Below are positions 44,290 to 57,185 of a stretch of DNA of 64,000 nt, in pieces. Source of the stretch: Mustelus asterias (lineage: Eukaryota). The notes under the pieces were generated by a model that was not told where the DNA came from, made no database searches, and saw only the letters and a program-made list of their open reading frames with translations. The stretch spans positions 930,001 through 994,000 of the forward strand of contig NW_027590144.1 of the NCBI RefSeq assembly GCF_964213995.1, given 5' to 3'. Made by a program: the position numbers and the translations under genes. Numbering within the stretch: the first letter of the stretch is position 1; the number at the start of each line of letters is the position of its first letter.

Positions 44290-46340
44290 TCAGCTCACAC
44301 ACACACTCTCTCTTANNNNNNNNNNNNNNNNNNNNNNNNNNNNNNNNNNNNNNNNNNNNNNNNNNNNNNNNNNNNNNNNNNNNNNNNNNNNNNNNNNNNN
44401 NNNNNNNNNNNNNNNNNNNNNNNNNNNNNNNNNNNNNNNNNNNNACATACTATCTCACACACGCACACACACTCTCTCTCACACACACACACACACTCTC
44501 TCTGTATCTCACCCGATGCTGTACCTGTCCTGGGTGTGTTTGATGTGTGGCAGCTTTTCCCTGTATCTATCCCCATGCTGTATCTGTCATTGGAATGTTT
44601 GATCGTCATGATGTGGAGATTTGATAGTTATTTGATAGTGACAGTGTAGAGGGAGCTTTACGCTGTATCTAACCCCGTGCTGTACCAGTCCTGTGTGTGT
44701 TTGATGGGGACAGTGTAGAGGGAGCTTTACTTTGCATCTCATCCCGTGTTTCAGTTACTGATAGACTTTCGAGGAAGATCAGGTCACACACACGCTCTCC
44801 TTACACACTCTCACACACACACACACACACATGCTCTCTCTGTCTCTCACACACACATACACTATCTCTTACGCACTCTCTCACACACACGCTCTTTCTC
44901 TCTGTCACACACACTTTCTCTCTCACACACATTCTCTCACACACACTTTCACGCTTGCACACTCTCACCCATGCATTCTCTCTCACTGACACACTCTCAC
45001 ACACATACACTCAGTCTCTCACACACACATACACTCACTCTCTCACACACATACACTCACTCTCTCACACAAACACTCACTCTCTGACACACATACACTC
45101 CCCTCTCACACACAAACACTCACTCTCTCACACATACACTCTCTCTCAAACATGCACTCTCTCACACACACACACACACTCTCACATACACACTCTCTCT
45201 CACGTACACGCTCTCTCTCATGTACACGCTCTCTCTCACGTACACGCTCTCTCTCACGCACACGCTCTCTCTCTCGCACATGCTCCCTTTTTCGCACACA
45301 CTCACTCTCTCTCGCACACACTCTCTCTCTCTCACGCACACTCTCTCTCACGCACACTCTNNNNNNNNNNNNNNNNNNNNNNNNNNNNNNNNNNNNNNNN
45401 NNNNNNNNNNNNNNNNNNNNNNNNNNNNNNNNNNNNNNNNNNNNNNNNNNNNNNNNNNNNNNNNNNNNNNNNNNNNNNNNNNNNNNNNNNNNNNNNNNNN
45501 NNNNNNNNNNNNNTCACGCACACGCGCTCTCTCTCACACACTCTCTCGCACAGTCTCTTTCTCACACACACTCTCTCACACACACACACTCTCTCTCGCA
45601 CACACTCTCTCTCACACACACACTCTCTCTCTCGCACACGTTCTCTCTCTCGCACACACTCTCTCTCACACACACACACTTTCTGACACACTCTCTCGCA
45701 NNNNNNNNNNNNNNNNNNNNNNNNNNNNNNNNNNNNNNNNNNNNNNNNNNNNNNNNNNNNNNNNNNNNNNNNNNNNNNNNNNNNNNNNNNNNNNNNNNNN
45801 NNNNNNNNNNNNNNNNNNNNNNNNNNNNNNNNNNNNNNNNNNNNNNNNNNNNNNNNNNNNNNNNNNNNNNNNNNNNNNNNNNNNNNNNNNNNNNNNNNNN
45901 NNNTCTCGCACTCACTCTCTCTCTCGCACACGTTCTCTCTCTCACACACACTCTCTCTCTCACACACACACTTTCTGACACACTCTCTCGCACACACACT
46001 CTCTCTCACACACACTCTCTCTCACACACACATTCTCTCACACACACTCTCTCTCTCTCACTCTCTCACACANNNNNNNNNNNNNNNNNNNNNNNNNNNN
46101 NNNNNNNNNNNNNNNNNNNNNNNNNNNNNNNNNNNNNNNNNNNNNNNNNNNNNNNNNNNNNNNNNNNNNNNNNNNNNNNNNNNNNNNNNNNNNNNNNNNN
46201 NNNNNNNNNNNNNNNNNNNNNNNNNNNNCTCTCTCTCTCTCGCACACACTCTCTCTCTCACACAATCTCTCTCACACACACATACAGATACACACTCTCT
46301 CTCACACACACACACATTCTCTCTCACACACACACACACA
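44290..46340. repeat. Compound (CA)n/(CT)n low-complexity region with N gaps and a few 69-bp satellite units (about 44500-44750)
   Basis: Direct inspection. Confidence 0.9.
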
Positions 46341-47690
46341 ATGATGGGGCAAAATGTAGAGGAAGATTTGAGCTGTATCTATCCCCGTGCTGTACCTGTC
46401 CTGGGTGTGTTTGATGGGGACAGTATGGAGGGAGCTTTACTCTGTATCTATCCCCGTGCTGTACCTGTCCTGGGTGTGTTTGATGGGGACAGTGGTGAGG
46501 GAGCTTCACTCCGGATCTAAACCCGTGCTGTACATGTCCTGGGAGTGTTTGATGGGGATAGTGTAGAGGGAGCTTTACTCTGTATCTAACCCTGTGCTGT
46601 ATATGTCCTGGGAGTGTTTGATGAGGACAGTGAAGTGGGCGCTTTACTCTGTATCTAACCACTTGCTGTATCTCTCCTGGGAGTGTTTGATGGGGACAGT
46701 GTCGAGGGAGCTTCACTCTGTATCTCACCCCGTGCTGTATCTGTTCTGGGAGTGTTTGATGGGGACAGTGTAGAGGGAGATTTACTCTGTATCTAATCCC
46801 GTGCTGTACCTGTCCTTGGTTTGTCTGATGGGGATATTGTAGAGGGAGCTTTACTCTGTATCTCACCCCGTGCTGTATCTGTTCTTGGAGTGTTTGATGG
46901 GGACAGTGCAGAGGGAGCTTTACTCTGTATCTAAGCCATGCTGTCCCTGTTCTGGGAGTGTTTGATGGGGACAGTATCGAAGGAGCTTTACTCTGTATCT
47001 AACCCGTGCTGTACCTGTCCTGGGCGAGTTTGTTGGGGACAGTGCAGAGGGTGCTTTACTCTATATCTAACCCCGTGCTGTATCTGTTCTGGGACTGTTT
47101 GATGGGGACAGTGTTAAGTGAGCGTTACTCTGTATCTAACCCCGTGCTGTACCTGTCCTGGGAGTGTTTGATGGGGACAGAGTAGAGGGAGCTTTACACT
47201 GTATCTAACCCCGTGCTGTATCTGTCCTGGGTGTGTTGGATGGGGACAGTGTAAAGGGAGCTTTACTCTGTATCGAACCCCGTGCTGTATCTGTCCTGGG
47301 AGTGTTTGATGGGGGCAGGCTAGAAGGAACTTTACTCTGTATCTAACTCCGTGCTGTATCTGTCCTGGGAGTGTTTGATGGGGACAGTGTAGAGGAAGCT
47401 TTACTCTGTACCTAACCCCGTGCTGTACCTGTCCTGGGAGTGTTTGATGGGGACAGTGGAGAGGGAGCTTTACTCTGTATCGAACCCCATGCTGTATTTG
47501 TCCTGGGAGTGTTTGATGGGGGCAGTCTAGAAGGAACTTTACTCTGTATCTAACTCTGTGCTGTACCTGTCCTGGGAGTGTTTGATGGGGGACAGTGTAG
47601 AGGGAGCTTTACTCTGTATGTACCCCCGTGCTGTATCTGTCCTGGGGGTGTTTGATGGGGACAGTGTAGAGGGAGGTTTTCTCTGCATCG
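46340..47690. repeat. 69-bp tandem satellite, about 19-20 units
   Basis: Unit ctgtatctaaccccgtgctgtacctgtcctgggagtgtttgatggggacagtgtagagggagctttact; period from 46382 to 46451. Confidence 0.95.
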
Positions 47691-48163
47691 AAACACTTGA
47701 TGAATCCACTCTTCGATCGATTGAATGTGAGAACAAAGAGGGATCTAATTTTACCCAGTCATTGGATGGAGCTCTTGGGGCTAAAGTGGGAATAGGATGT
47801 TGAATTTGATGATCAGCCATGATCATAATGAATGTTGGAGCAGGCTGGAAGGGCCGAATGGCCTCCTCCTGCTTCTAGTTTGTGTGTTTATAAATGATGA
47901 AAAGGCAGCAGCAGTGGGAGTTCAATATGTGTGGATATTTCACAGCTGGATTCACACAATACACACGGCAATGTCGCTGATATTTTGGAAATGCTGCAAA
48001 TGTTGTCAAACACAATACGCAGGGGACCTTAATGTTGCAATGTTACTCCCAAACTGTCATCCCACAGGGTCAACATTTCTGTACAATGTGAGTGAATCGT
48101 AAGTTAATATAGTTCAGTTTCAATGTTTAAAATAACCAGTCACTTTTCTGTGGCTGCTTTGGG

Positions 48164-48283
48164 GCTCAGAGCCTCGAAAGCTTGTGTGGCTTTTGCTACC
48201 AAATAAACCTGTTGGACCTTAACCTGGTGTTGTTAAACTTCTTACTGTGTTTACCCCAGTCCAACGCCGGCATCTCCACATCA
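48164..48283 (+). mobile_element. Penelope 3' terminal fragment with 9-bp TSD
   Basis: Matches 22960-23059; tgctttggg at 48155-48163 and 48284-48292. Confidence 0.8.
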
Positions 48284-48807
48284 TGCTTTGGGAATGTCAG
48301 TGGAATGTAGTTCACAGTAAAGTGTGAACAATTGTATTGGGGAATAATTGGAAGCAGTTTCCGTTGAGAGCTTCCTGCATTCTGGAAATGTGTGTGATCT
48401 ATTCAGGGATTGGAAATGATGGATGAATAAAGATACAGTTCTTTGTTACTGACATTAGATTGTGACTCTTGAAGTTTCACCAGTTCCATGTGCTGAGAGA
48501 AAGGAATGATTAAGCAACATCCAGCATTCAAATTCTTCAGATAAGTTTAAAAGGCAGTGAACGACTGAATACACAAACTCTGAGACAGACAGACACAACT
48601 GTATTCACAGCTTAAACTTCATGTTTGAATCTGCAGGGATGAGATCATGGTTGAAATAAGCAAGAGTCCACACTGGGATGCTGAGCAATTTGAGTTCTGT
48701 TTTTCCTAAAAAGTCAATCTAAAAATCTGCATTTAAAAATTCCTTGGACAGAGCAGAGGGGATTTTACTCTGTGTGTTGTGTTTGGGTTGGAAGTGTTTT
48801 CAGAGCA

Positions 48808-49840
48808 GGGTGGTACAATGGCACAGTGGTTGGCACTGCTGCCTCACAGCGTCAGGAACCCGGGTTCAATTCCAGCCTCGGATGACTGTGTTTTGAGTTT
48901 GCACATTCTCCCCGTGTCTGCGTGGGTTTCCTCCGGCTGCTCCACTTTCCTCCCACAGTCTGAAAGACACGATGGTTAGGGTGCATTGGCCGTGCTAAAT
49001 TCTCCCTCAGTGTAGCCGAACAGGTGCCGGAGTGTGGCGACTTGGGGGATTTTCACAGTGAGTTCTGTTTTTCCTTAAAGTCAATCTAAAAATCTGCAAT
49101 TAAAAATTCCTTGGACAGAGCAGAGGGGATTTTACTCTGTGTGTTGTGTTTGCAGTGGGTGGCACAGAGGTTAGCACTGTTGCCTCAGAGCACCAGGGAC
49201 CCGGGTTCGATTCACGGCTTGTTCACTGTCTGTGCGGAGTCTGTACATTCTCCCCGTATCTGCGTGGGTTTCCTCCGGGCGCTCCACTTTCCTCCCACAG
49301 TCTGAAAGACACGATGGTTAGGGTGCGTTGGCCATGTTAAATTCTCCCTCAGTGTAGCCGAACAGGTGCCGGAGTGTGGCGACTTGGGGATTTTCACAGT
49401 AACTTCATTGCAGTGTTAATGTAAGCCTACTTGTGACACTAATAAGTAAACCTAAACTTAAAACTGAAACAAAAACAGAAAATGCTGCAAAATCTCAGCA
49501 GGTCTGACAGCATGGGCATGCTCTGGGAACCTTAATTACAGAAAAACTGATATAGGAGAATGGTGGGACAGGAGGAGCTGGGGACGGCCCATAGGCAAGG
49601 TGGCACCATGGTTAGCACTGCTGCCTCTCAGCGCCAGGGGCCCGGGTTCAATTCCAGCCCTGAGTGACTGTCTCTCTGAGTCTCCACATTCTTCCCGTGT
49701 CTGCGTGGGATTCCTCCGGGTACCCTGGTTACCTACCACACTCCAAACATGCAAAGGTTAGGTGGATTGGCCAGGGTAAATTGCCCCTTAGAATCCAAAG
49801 ATGTGCAAGTTAGCTGGATTGGCCATGTTAAATTGCCCAA
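48808..49840 (+). mobile_element. Cluster of three V-SINE-like SINEs (about 48808-49058, 49158-49450, 49594-49840)
   Basis: Repeated tRNA-like heads and cores; the first two share a distinct 3' part and a duplicated flank. Confidence 0.85.
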
Positions 49841-50233
49841 TATCGTTAAGGGGTCGAATCACGGAGAATTCAAACACTCTTTCTGTTTCTGTCTTGGCAG
49901 AATTAGCAACATGAGTGCAAATTTCAAGATTGGATTCACACAATACAGACAGAACGGTCTTTATATAATGGCTTCTGCAAATGCTGGTGAGCTCAGTACA
50001 TGTGGTACCGAATGTTACAATAAGATAGAATCTGTATTCAGACAACTGTCACCCCACAGGGTCCAAACTTCACCGTGTTAATTTGTGCCTATGGGCCTTC
50101 CCCAGCTCCTGTTGTCCCACCATCCTCCGATATCTGTTTTCCTTTCATTCTGGCTCCCAGAACAACCCCAATTTTAATAGTTTCACATTGTGAGTGAGAC
50201 TGTGGGAGTGTTCTCTATCTGTGTGTGAGCAGT

Positions 50234-52795
50234 TCCAGCCTGTCCAGCACTGTCAGAATTTTATACCTTTCAATTAGATCCCCGCTCACTCTTCTACATT
50301 CCAGTGAATACAGGCCCAGCCGACCCAATCTCCCCTCAGACATCAATGCTGCCATCCCAGGAATCAGTCTGGTGAACATTCACTGCTCTCCCTCTGTGGC
50401 AAGTACATCCTTCCTCAGATAAGGAGAGGAACACTGTACACAAGACTCCAGGTGTGGTCTCACCGAGGGTCTGTCCAGCTGCAGTAAGACATCCTTGCTC
50501 TTCTACTCGAACCCTCTTGCAATGAAGGCCAACATCCCATTCGTCTTCCTAACTACTTGCTGTAGCTGCATGCTTGCTTTCAGTGACTGGTGTTCTCAGA
50601 TACCCAGGTCCCTTTGTACAACATTTCCCAATCTATCACCATTCAACTAATACTCTGCCATTCTCTTCCTCCGTCCAAAGTGGATAACGTCACATTTATC
50701 CACATTATTCTGCATCTGCCATGTATTTCCCCACTCACTCAACTTGTCTAAATCACCCCGAAGCCTCTTAACATCCTTCCCATCACTCACATTCCCACCA
50801 AGTTTCGTCTCATCAGCAAACTTGAGAATATTACGTTTGGTTCCCTCATCCAAATCACTGATGTGTTTTGTGAATAGCTGGGACCCAAGAACTGACCCCT
50901 GCGGGACCCCACTCGTCACTGCCTGCTACTTAGAAAAAGATTCATTTCTTCCTACTCACTGTTCCCTGTCTGTGAACCAATTCTCAATCCGTGCCATTAT
51001 ATTCCCACAATCCCATGCACTTTAATTTAGCGCACTAACCTCCTATGTGGCACCGCTCCATCCATTTGTGTACAGTGTAGATTTACCAGAATGATACCAG
51101 GACAGCAAGGGTGAAATCACAAGGTGGTAAAATAACACAAACGAGGATTGTATTCCCCGGTTTTTCGAATGATCAGCGGCTGATTATTTGAAAGGTTTCA
51201 GGAGAATAATGGAAACTGGTTGAACCATAGAATCCCAGTGCAGAAGGAGGCCATTCAGCCCATCGAGTCTGCACCGAATCTCTGACAGAGTATCTGAGCC
51301 AAACCCTTTCCCCTCCCCATTCCCCATAGCCCCACACATTTACCATGGCCAATCCACCTAATCTAAACATCTTTGGATTCTAAGGGGCAATTGAGCATGG
51401 CCAGTCCACCTAACCTCGACATCTTTGGACTGTGGGAGGAAACTGGAACACCCGGAGGAAAGCCATGCAGAATCGGGGAGAACGTGGAAATTCTACACAG
51501 ACAGTCACCCAAGGCTGGAATTGAACCCGAGCCCCTGGCACTGTGAGGCAGCAGTGCTAACCACTGTGCCACCGTGCCTATGGGCCTTCCCCAGCTCCTC
51601 CTGTCCCACCATCCTCCGATATCTGTTTTCCTTTCATTCTGGTTCCCAGAACAACCCCAATTTTAATAGTTTCACATTGTGAGTGAGNNNNNNNNNNNNN
51701 NNNNNNNNNNNNNNNNNNNNNNNNNNNNNNNNNNNNNNNNNNNNNNNNNNNNNNNNNNNNNNNNNNNNNNNNNNNNNNNNNNNNNNNNNNNNNNNNNNNN
51801 NNNNNNNNNNNNNNNNNNNTCAGTGAGTTTGTGTGTGTTTCACTATCTTCCTGTCTCTCAGTCCCCCAGTCCCAGAATCTGCTTCTCTTTACACAGATGC
51901 TGCCTGTCCTGCTCAGTATTCCGGCATTGACTATTTCACAATCTGAGGAGTTGTGAATGCTGCGATCATCAGCGAACATCTCACCTATGGAGGGAAGGTC
52001 AGTGATGGAGCAGCTGAAGATGGTTGGGGCCTCGGACACTCACCCTGAGGAACTCCTGCAGTGATGTCCCGGGACTGAGTGGATCGGCTTTGAGATAATC
52101 GGCACATTGGGGGAAAGCTTGGAAAGCAGAGGATGCTGATTTAAGGTAAATGGCGACAGCGGCAACATGAGGCAATATCTGTGGCTTTGGAGTGATCCTT
52201 GTTGTACCCCACTATTAGCTGCTTGCCCACCTGAATATCTCACTGTTACTCTCTGCATTACTATCTCATCCCTATCTCTCAGTGACTCTGCCTCTCCCCA
52301 TCTCTCCGGGGAAATTATAATGGGGAGCAAAAAAATGGCAGAAGAATTGAACATATACTTTGGTTCTGTCTTCACAAAAGAGGCACAGATAACCTGGCAG
52401 AAATGTTAGGGAACCAATGGTTTAGTGAGAGTGTGGAATTGAATTGAAGGAAATCGGTATTAGTAAGAAAATAGTGCTGGGGGAATGAATGGGGTTAAAG
52501 GCTGACAAAGCCCCAGGGCCTGATAATCTACATCCCAGAGTATTAAAGGAAGCGGCGCTGGAAATATTGGATGCATTGCTGGTCATCTTCCAAAATTCTA
52601 TAGACTCTGGAGCAGTTCCTACAGATTGGGGGGTGGCAAATGTAACCCCACTATTTAAAATCATCTTTTCACTTGCGTGTAATTTATCACAGAACACGGG
52701 CAGCATGGGCTTATCGAGAATGACGGGATAGTGTTGGGGTGGAGAAGTTATTCCTTCAAGTGGAAATCAGTGTCGTTTTGAAATGTGTTGAGGGT
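50234..52795 (+). repeat. Segmental duplication unit A (CR1 fragment, SINE, LINE RT piece, CR1 piece)
   Basis: Near-identical to 57186-59710. Confidence 0.9.
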
Positions 52796-53545
52796 TTCTG
52801 CCTCTCCCCATTCAATCCTTCCCAACCTCTCTATCGAGGCTCCTTCTCACTTTCTACCAGACAATAATTTGTGTTCGGGAGCGGGTGCAGAGGAGATTGA
52901 AATGAAACAGACAGACAGTTAACTCCAACACTGAGAAATGTGAAGTGATGCACTTTGGACAATAAGTTGAGGAGAGAATCCATAAACCAACTGGGAACAA
53001 GTTAAATCATGTGCAGGTAAAGGGAAACCTTTTATACCTCCATCAATCTGTGTCTCTCTCTTTTTCTCACTCTCTGTGTCTGTGTCTTCTGTCCATCTCT
53101 CCCTTTCTGGGAATCAGTGAAAAATATCCACAAATATTAGGCAGCCATTTGGCGTTTCTTCCCAGTGGCCATTTCGTGTGAACGCAGCACTGAAATATTT
53201 CTGACAGAGTTGTCTCTTCACTAAAGTAACGTTAGTATTTTAAATGTGACAGATACGCAGCTATGGAGACACAAACGAGGGCTGTATTCCCAGGAATTTT
53301 GGAGTGTCAGGGACAATTTGATCCAATTTGTCAGGAGTATAATGGAAAGTGATAGCACAGAGAGAGAGAAATGTTTCTTGCTGGTGATCCACCTCCTCCA
53401 GTCCCACCATCCTCCCATATCTGTTTTCCTTTCATTCTGGCTCCGTGACCATCCACAATTTGAATTGTTTCACCATTGGGAGCTGTGTCTTCATCTGCGT
53501 GGGCTCCAACTCTGGAATTCCTTTCCTGAACGTTTTATTAAAATA

Positions 53546-53745
53546 CATCCATGGGATGTGGGCCTGGCTGGTTCTGCCAGCGTTTACTCCTCGTCCCTAA
53601 TTGCTCATGAACTGAGTGGCTTGCTAGGCCATTTCAATCAGCATCTAAGAGTCAACCACATTGCTGTGAGGCTGGAGTCACATGTAGGCCCGACCAGGTA
53701 AGGACGGCAGATTTCCTTCCATAAAGGACATTAGTGAAGCAGATT
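53546..53745 (-). mobile_element. 5'-truncated copy of the tRNA-headed SINE
   Basis: Same junction (ttgctcatg|aactgagtggcttg) and core as 25255-25630. Confidence 0.8.
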
Positions 53746-54304
53746 GCTTTTCTCCATTTTAACACCTCCTTTTCCTCCAATTAAAATAGTTCGTAAAAGC
53801 CATCTGGCCAAACCTTTGGGACATGTGACCCTAAACTCTCCTGTGACTCGGGGTCAAATTTCTCACATTAAGGCTCCTGTGAAGCATCTTGGGATGATAC
53901 TGTTCAAGGTGCTATATAAATGCAAGTTGTTGTTGTGTGTGTCTGAGTGTCAGCTTCTGTCCATGTCCAGGACACTGCAGGTAACAGAGAATGATTCACT
54001 CTGGTCTGCGATTGTACATCTCGTGTGTGTCTCAGTATCAGCTCTGAAACATGTACAGCACTATCCCGTCCTGTTTCTGTGTCTCTCTGCCTCTGTATCT
54101 GTATCTCTCCCTCTCGCTCCATCTCTCTCCCCAAGACTGAAACAAACTAGAGTTTAAATCCCACACTGGGATGCTGTTCAATGTGAGTTCAGTTTTCCCA
54201 GAAATAAAAATCCTCAATTAAAAATTCCTTTCAACAGCAGAGGGAACTTTTCTCAAAGTGAATTTGCGGCTGTCTTGAATTTGAACCCAAGTTTTCAATA
54301 TGGG

Positions 54305-54995
54305 GGTGGCACAGTGATGCTGGGGTTAGCACTGCTTCCTCACAGTGTCAGGGACCCGCCTTCGATTCCCAGCTTGGCTCACTTTCTGACTGGAGTTTGA
54401 ACGTCCTTCCCGTGTTTGTGTGGGTTTCCTCCGGGTGCTCCGGTTTCATCCCACACTCCAAAGATAGAACAAAGAAAATTACAGCACGGAAACAGGTCTT
54501 TCGGCTCTCCAATCCTGCACCGACCATGCTGCCTGACTGAACTAAAACCCCCTACCCTTCCGGGGACCATATCCCTCCATTCCCATCTTATTCATGTCTT
54601 TGTCAAGACGCCCTTGAAAAGTCACTATCGTATCCGTTTCCACTCCCTCCCCCGGCAACGAATTCCAGGCACCCAGCACCCTCTGTGTAAAAAAACTTTC
54701 CTCCCACATCTCCTTTAAACCGTGCCCCTCGCACCTTAAACCTATGCCCCCGAGTAATAACTCTTCCACCCTGGGAAAACGCTTCTGACTATCCACTCTG
54801 TCCATGCCCCCTCATAATCTGGCAGACTTCTATCAGGTGTACAGGTTAGGTGGATTGGCCAAGCTAAATTGTCCCTTAGTGTCAGGAGGATTAGCTGAGT
54901 TAAATGTATGGGATTATAGGGATGGGGCCTGGGTGGGATTGTGGTCAGTGCAGACTCGATGGGCCGAATGGCCTCCTGCACTGCAGGATTCTATG
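54305..54995 (+). mobile_element. V-SINE interrupted by an antisense CR1 3' fragment (about 54466-54835)
   Basis: SINE halves flank the CR1 tail and ORF2 C-terminus. Confidence 0.8.
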
Positions 54996-55922
54996 AACCC
55001 TGTTCTGTATTTGGTTTGGGATTGTTTGTTGAAAAGTGTAGTTGAAGTGTTACTCTGTAATGCTGGAAGAACAACTTTTCCTGCTGGTTGGGGAGTCCAG
55101 GACTTGGGGACATTGGATTTCAAACAATGTTGAGGATTTTAGACTTGTAGGAGTGGAATTCAGAAACACTTTGCCACACCAGCTGTGATATTAGTTTGGA
55201 ACTACCTTCTATAATTCGCAGTTGATGCTCAGTCGCTTATTAATGTTTAACTCTGAGGTCGATAGATTATATTTTTATACAGGAGAAGCAATTTAAAATC
55301 AATGGGTCAATGTTAAAATGGATGCAGGAACAGAGAGACCTGGGCTTTCAGTTCAGTTTTACATCTTAAAGATTCAACCTGGGGCTCAGAATCTGTCAGT
55401 TGAATCTACTTTTCCCACCTGATAAAATGTCAACAATGTGACAAAAGGTGACATTCCTGCACAGTGGGGTTGGGAGGTTGTTTGAAAGGAGATTCAGATT
55501 GTATCAGAAAGCGTCAATTAGATTGTGTCTCTTTGGAGAAGGCGCATATTTCACAGGAAATGCCCCGAGATAAAGACTAGTTTCACCAATGTCTGAGTAA
55601 CTTTCAAAGTCTGCAGACGCATGAAGGGGGCAGAGATATTGTAATATTCAGAGCAGGAGATGGGGGACAATCACAGAATTGAAGATGTGAGGCCATCTCT
55701 TGTTTCCGAATGTCAGTGTTTAGCTTTAAAACTTTAGTCCTGGGCTAATAATTCCAAGTTTGCAATCCCACACTTTGCTGTTGTGAATTAGAGTTGTGAA
55801 TTTTCTGAAATTGGTTGTGTAATAAAACTCGGTGCAGGATGCAATGATTCCCATTCTGCCTGCTGCTGCAAAGCCCCCGTGTCTGTCTCAGTTTCATCGT
55901 ATTTATCAATGATTTGAGATCC

Positions 55923-56685
55923 TAGAATCATAGAATCCCTAAAGGGCAGACCATTCGGCCCATCGAGTCTGCATCGACCACAATCCCACCCAGGCCCGAT
56001 TCCCGTAACCCCATATATTTACCCTGTTAATCCCCTGACACTAGGGTCAATTTATCATGGCCAATCCACCTGACCCGCACATGTTTGGAGTGTGGGAGGA
56101 AACTGGAGCACCCGGAGGAAACCCACGCAGACACTGGGAGAACTCTACACAGACAGCGAGCTGAGGCTGGAATTGAACCTGGGTCCCTGGCGCTGTGCTA
56201 ACCACTGTGCCACCTTGCCATTCATCATAGAATCCCTAAAGTGCAGAAGGAGGTCCTTTGGCCCATCAAGCCTGCCCCCGACAACAAGACCACCCAGGCC
56301 TGAATCCCCCTAACACTAAGGGGCAATTGAGCACAGCCAATCAACCTAACCCGCACGTCTTTGGAGTGTGGGAGGAAACCAGAAGCTTCAAATGGCAAAG
56401 AGGTATTCCACTGCATAAGAGGCCATTCAGCTCATTGAGTCTGCACAGACTTGATGACAGAGTATCTTACCCAGGCCCTCAGCCCAGCCCTATCCCCATA
56501 ACCCCATTGCTAATCCATCTAACCTATATATCTTGCGAGTGTGGAAGGTAACCAGAGCACCCGGAGGAAACCCACGCAGACACGGGGAGAATGTGCAAAC
56601 TCCACACAGTCACCCGAGGCTGGAATTGAACCCGGGTCCCTGGCGCTGTGAGGCAGCAGTACGAACCACTGTGCCACCGTGCCGC
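55923..56685 (-). mobile_element. Three adjacent V-SINE-like copies
   Basis: Reverse-complement SINE cores at about 55923-56218, 56225-56380 and 56405-56685. Confidence 0.8.
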
Positions 56686-57185
56686 CCCAAAGTAAAATTT
56701 CTTAACTGAATGGTTCAAAGAGTGAAAGATGGATTTCAGTGTAGACAATTGTGTGGTCACCCACTTGAAAAAGGATAGAACAGATTGCTTTATGAATGGG
56801 GAAAAGCTGGAAAGAGTGGAGGCCCAAAGAGACTTGGGGCGGTCACATCAACATAGAAAATAGGAGGAGGAGGAGGCCATTCAGCCCTTCGAGCCTGACC
56901 CACCATTCAACACTATCATGGCCGATCCTCTGTCTCAATGCCATACCCCAGCGCTCTCCCCATACACCTCGACACCTTTAGAGTCTAGAAATCTATCTAT
57001 TTCCTTCTTAAATATATTCAGTGACTTGGTCTCCACAGCTTTCTGTGGGAGAGAATTCCACAGGTTCACCACCCTCTGAGTGAAGAGGTTTCCCCTCATC
57101 TCAGTCCCAAATGGCCTCCCCCGTATCCTGAGACTGTGACCCCTTGTTCCAGACACCCCCAGCCGGAGGAAACAATATCCCTGTA

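Noticed and set aside
44697-46866. Long repetitive ORFs, including the 23-aa repeat RYRVKLPLHCPHQTLPGQVQHG
   Set aside because: Products of CA/CT repeats and a satellite whose period is a multiple of 3; frames break in neighbouring units.
46340-47690. CRISPR-like array or array of cryptic RSSs (CACTGTC per unit)
   Set aside because: No unique spacers and the DNA is eukaryotic; no nonamer at 12 or 23 bp.
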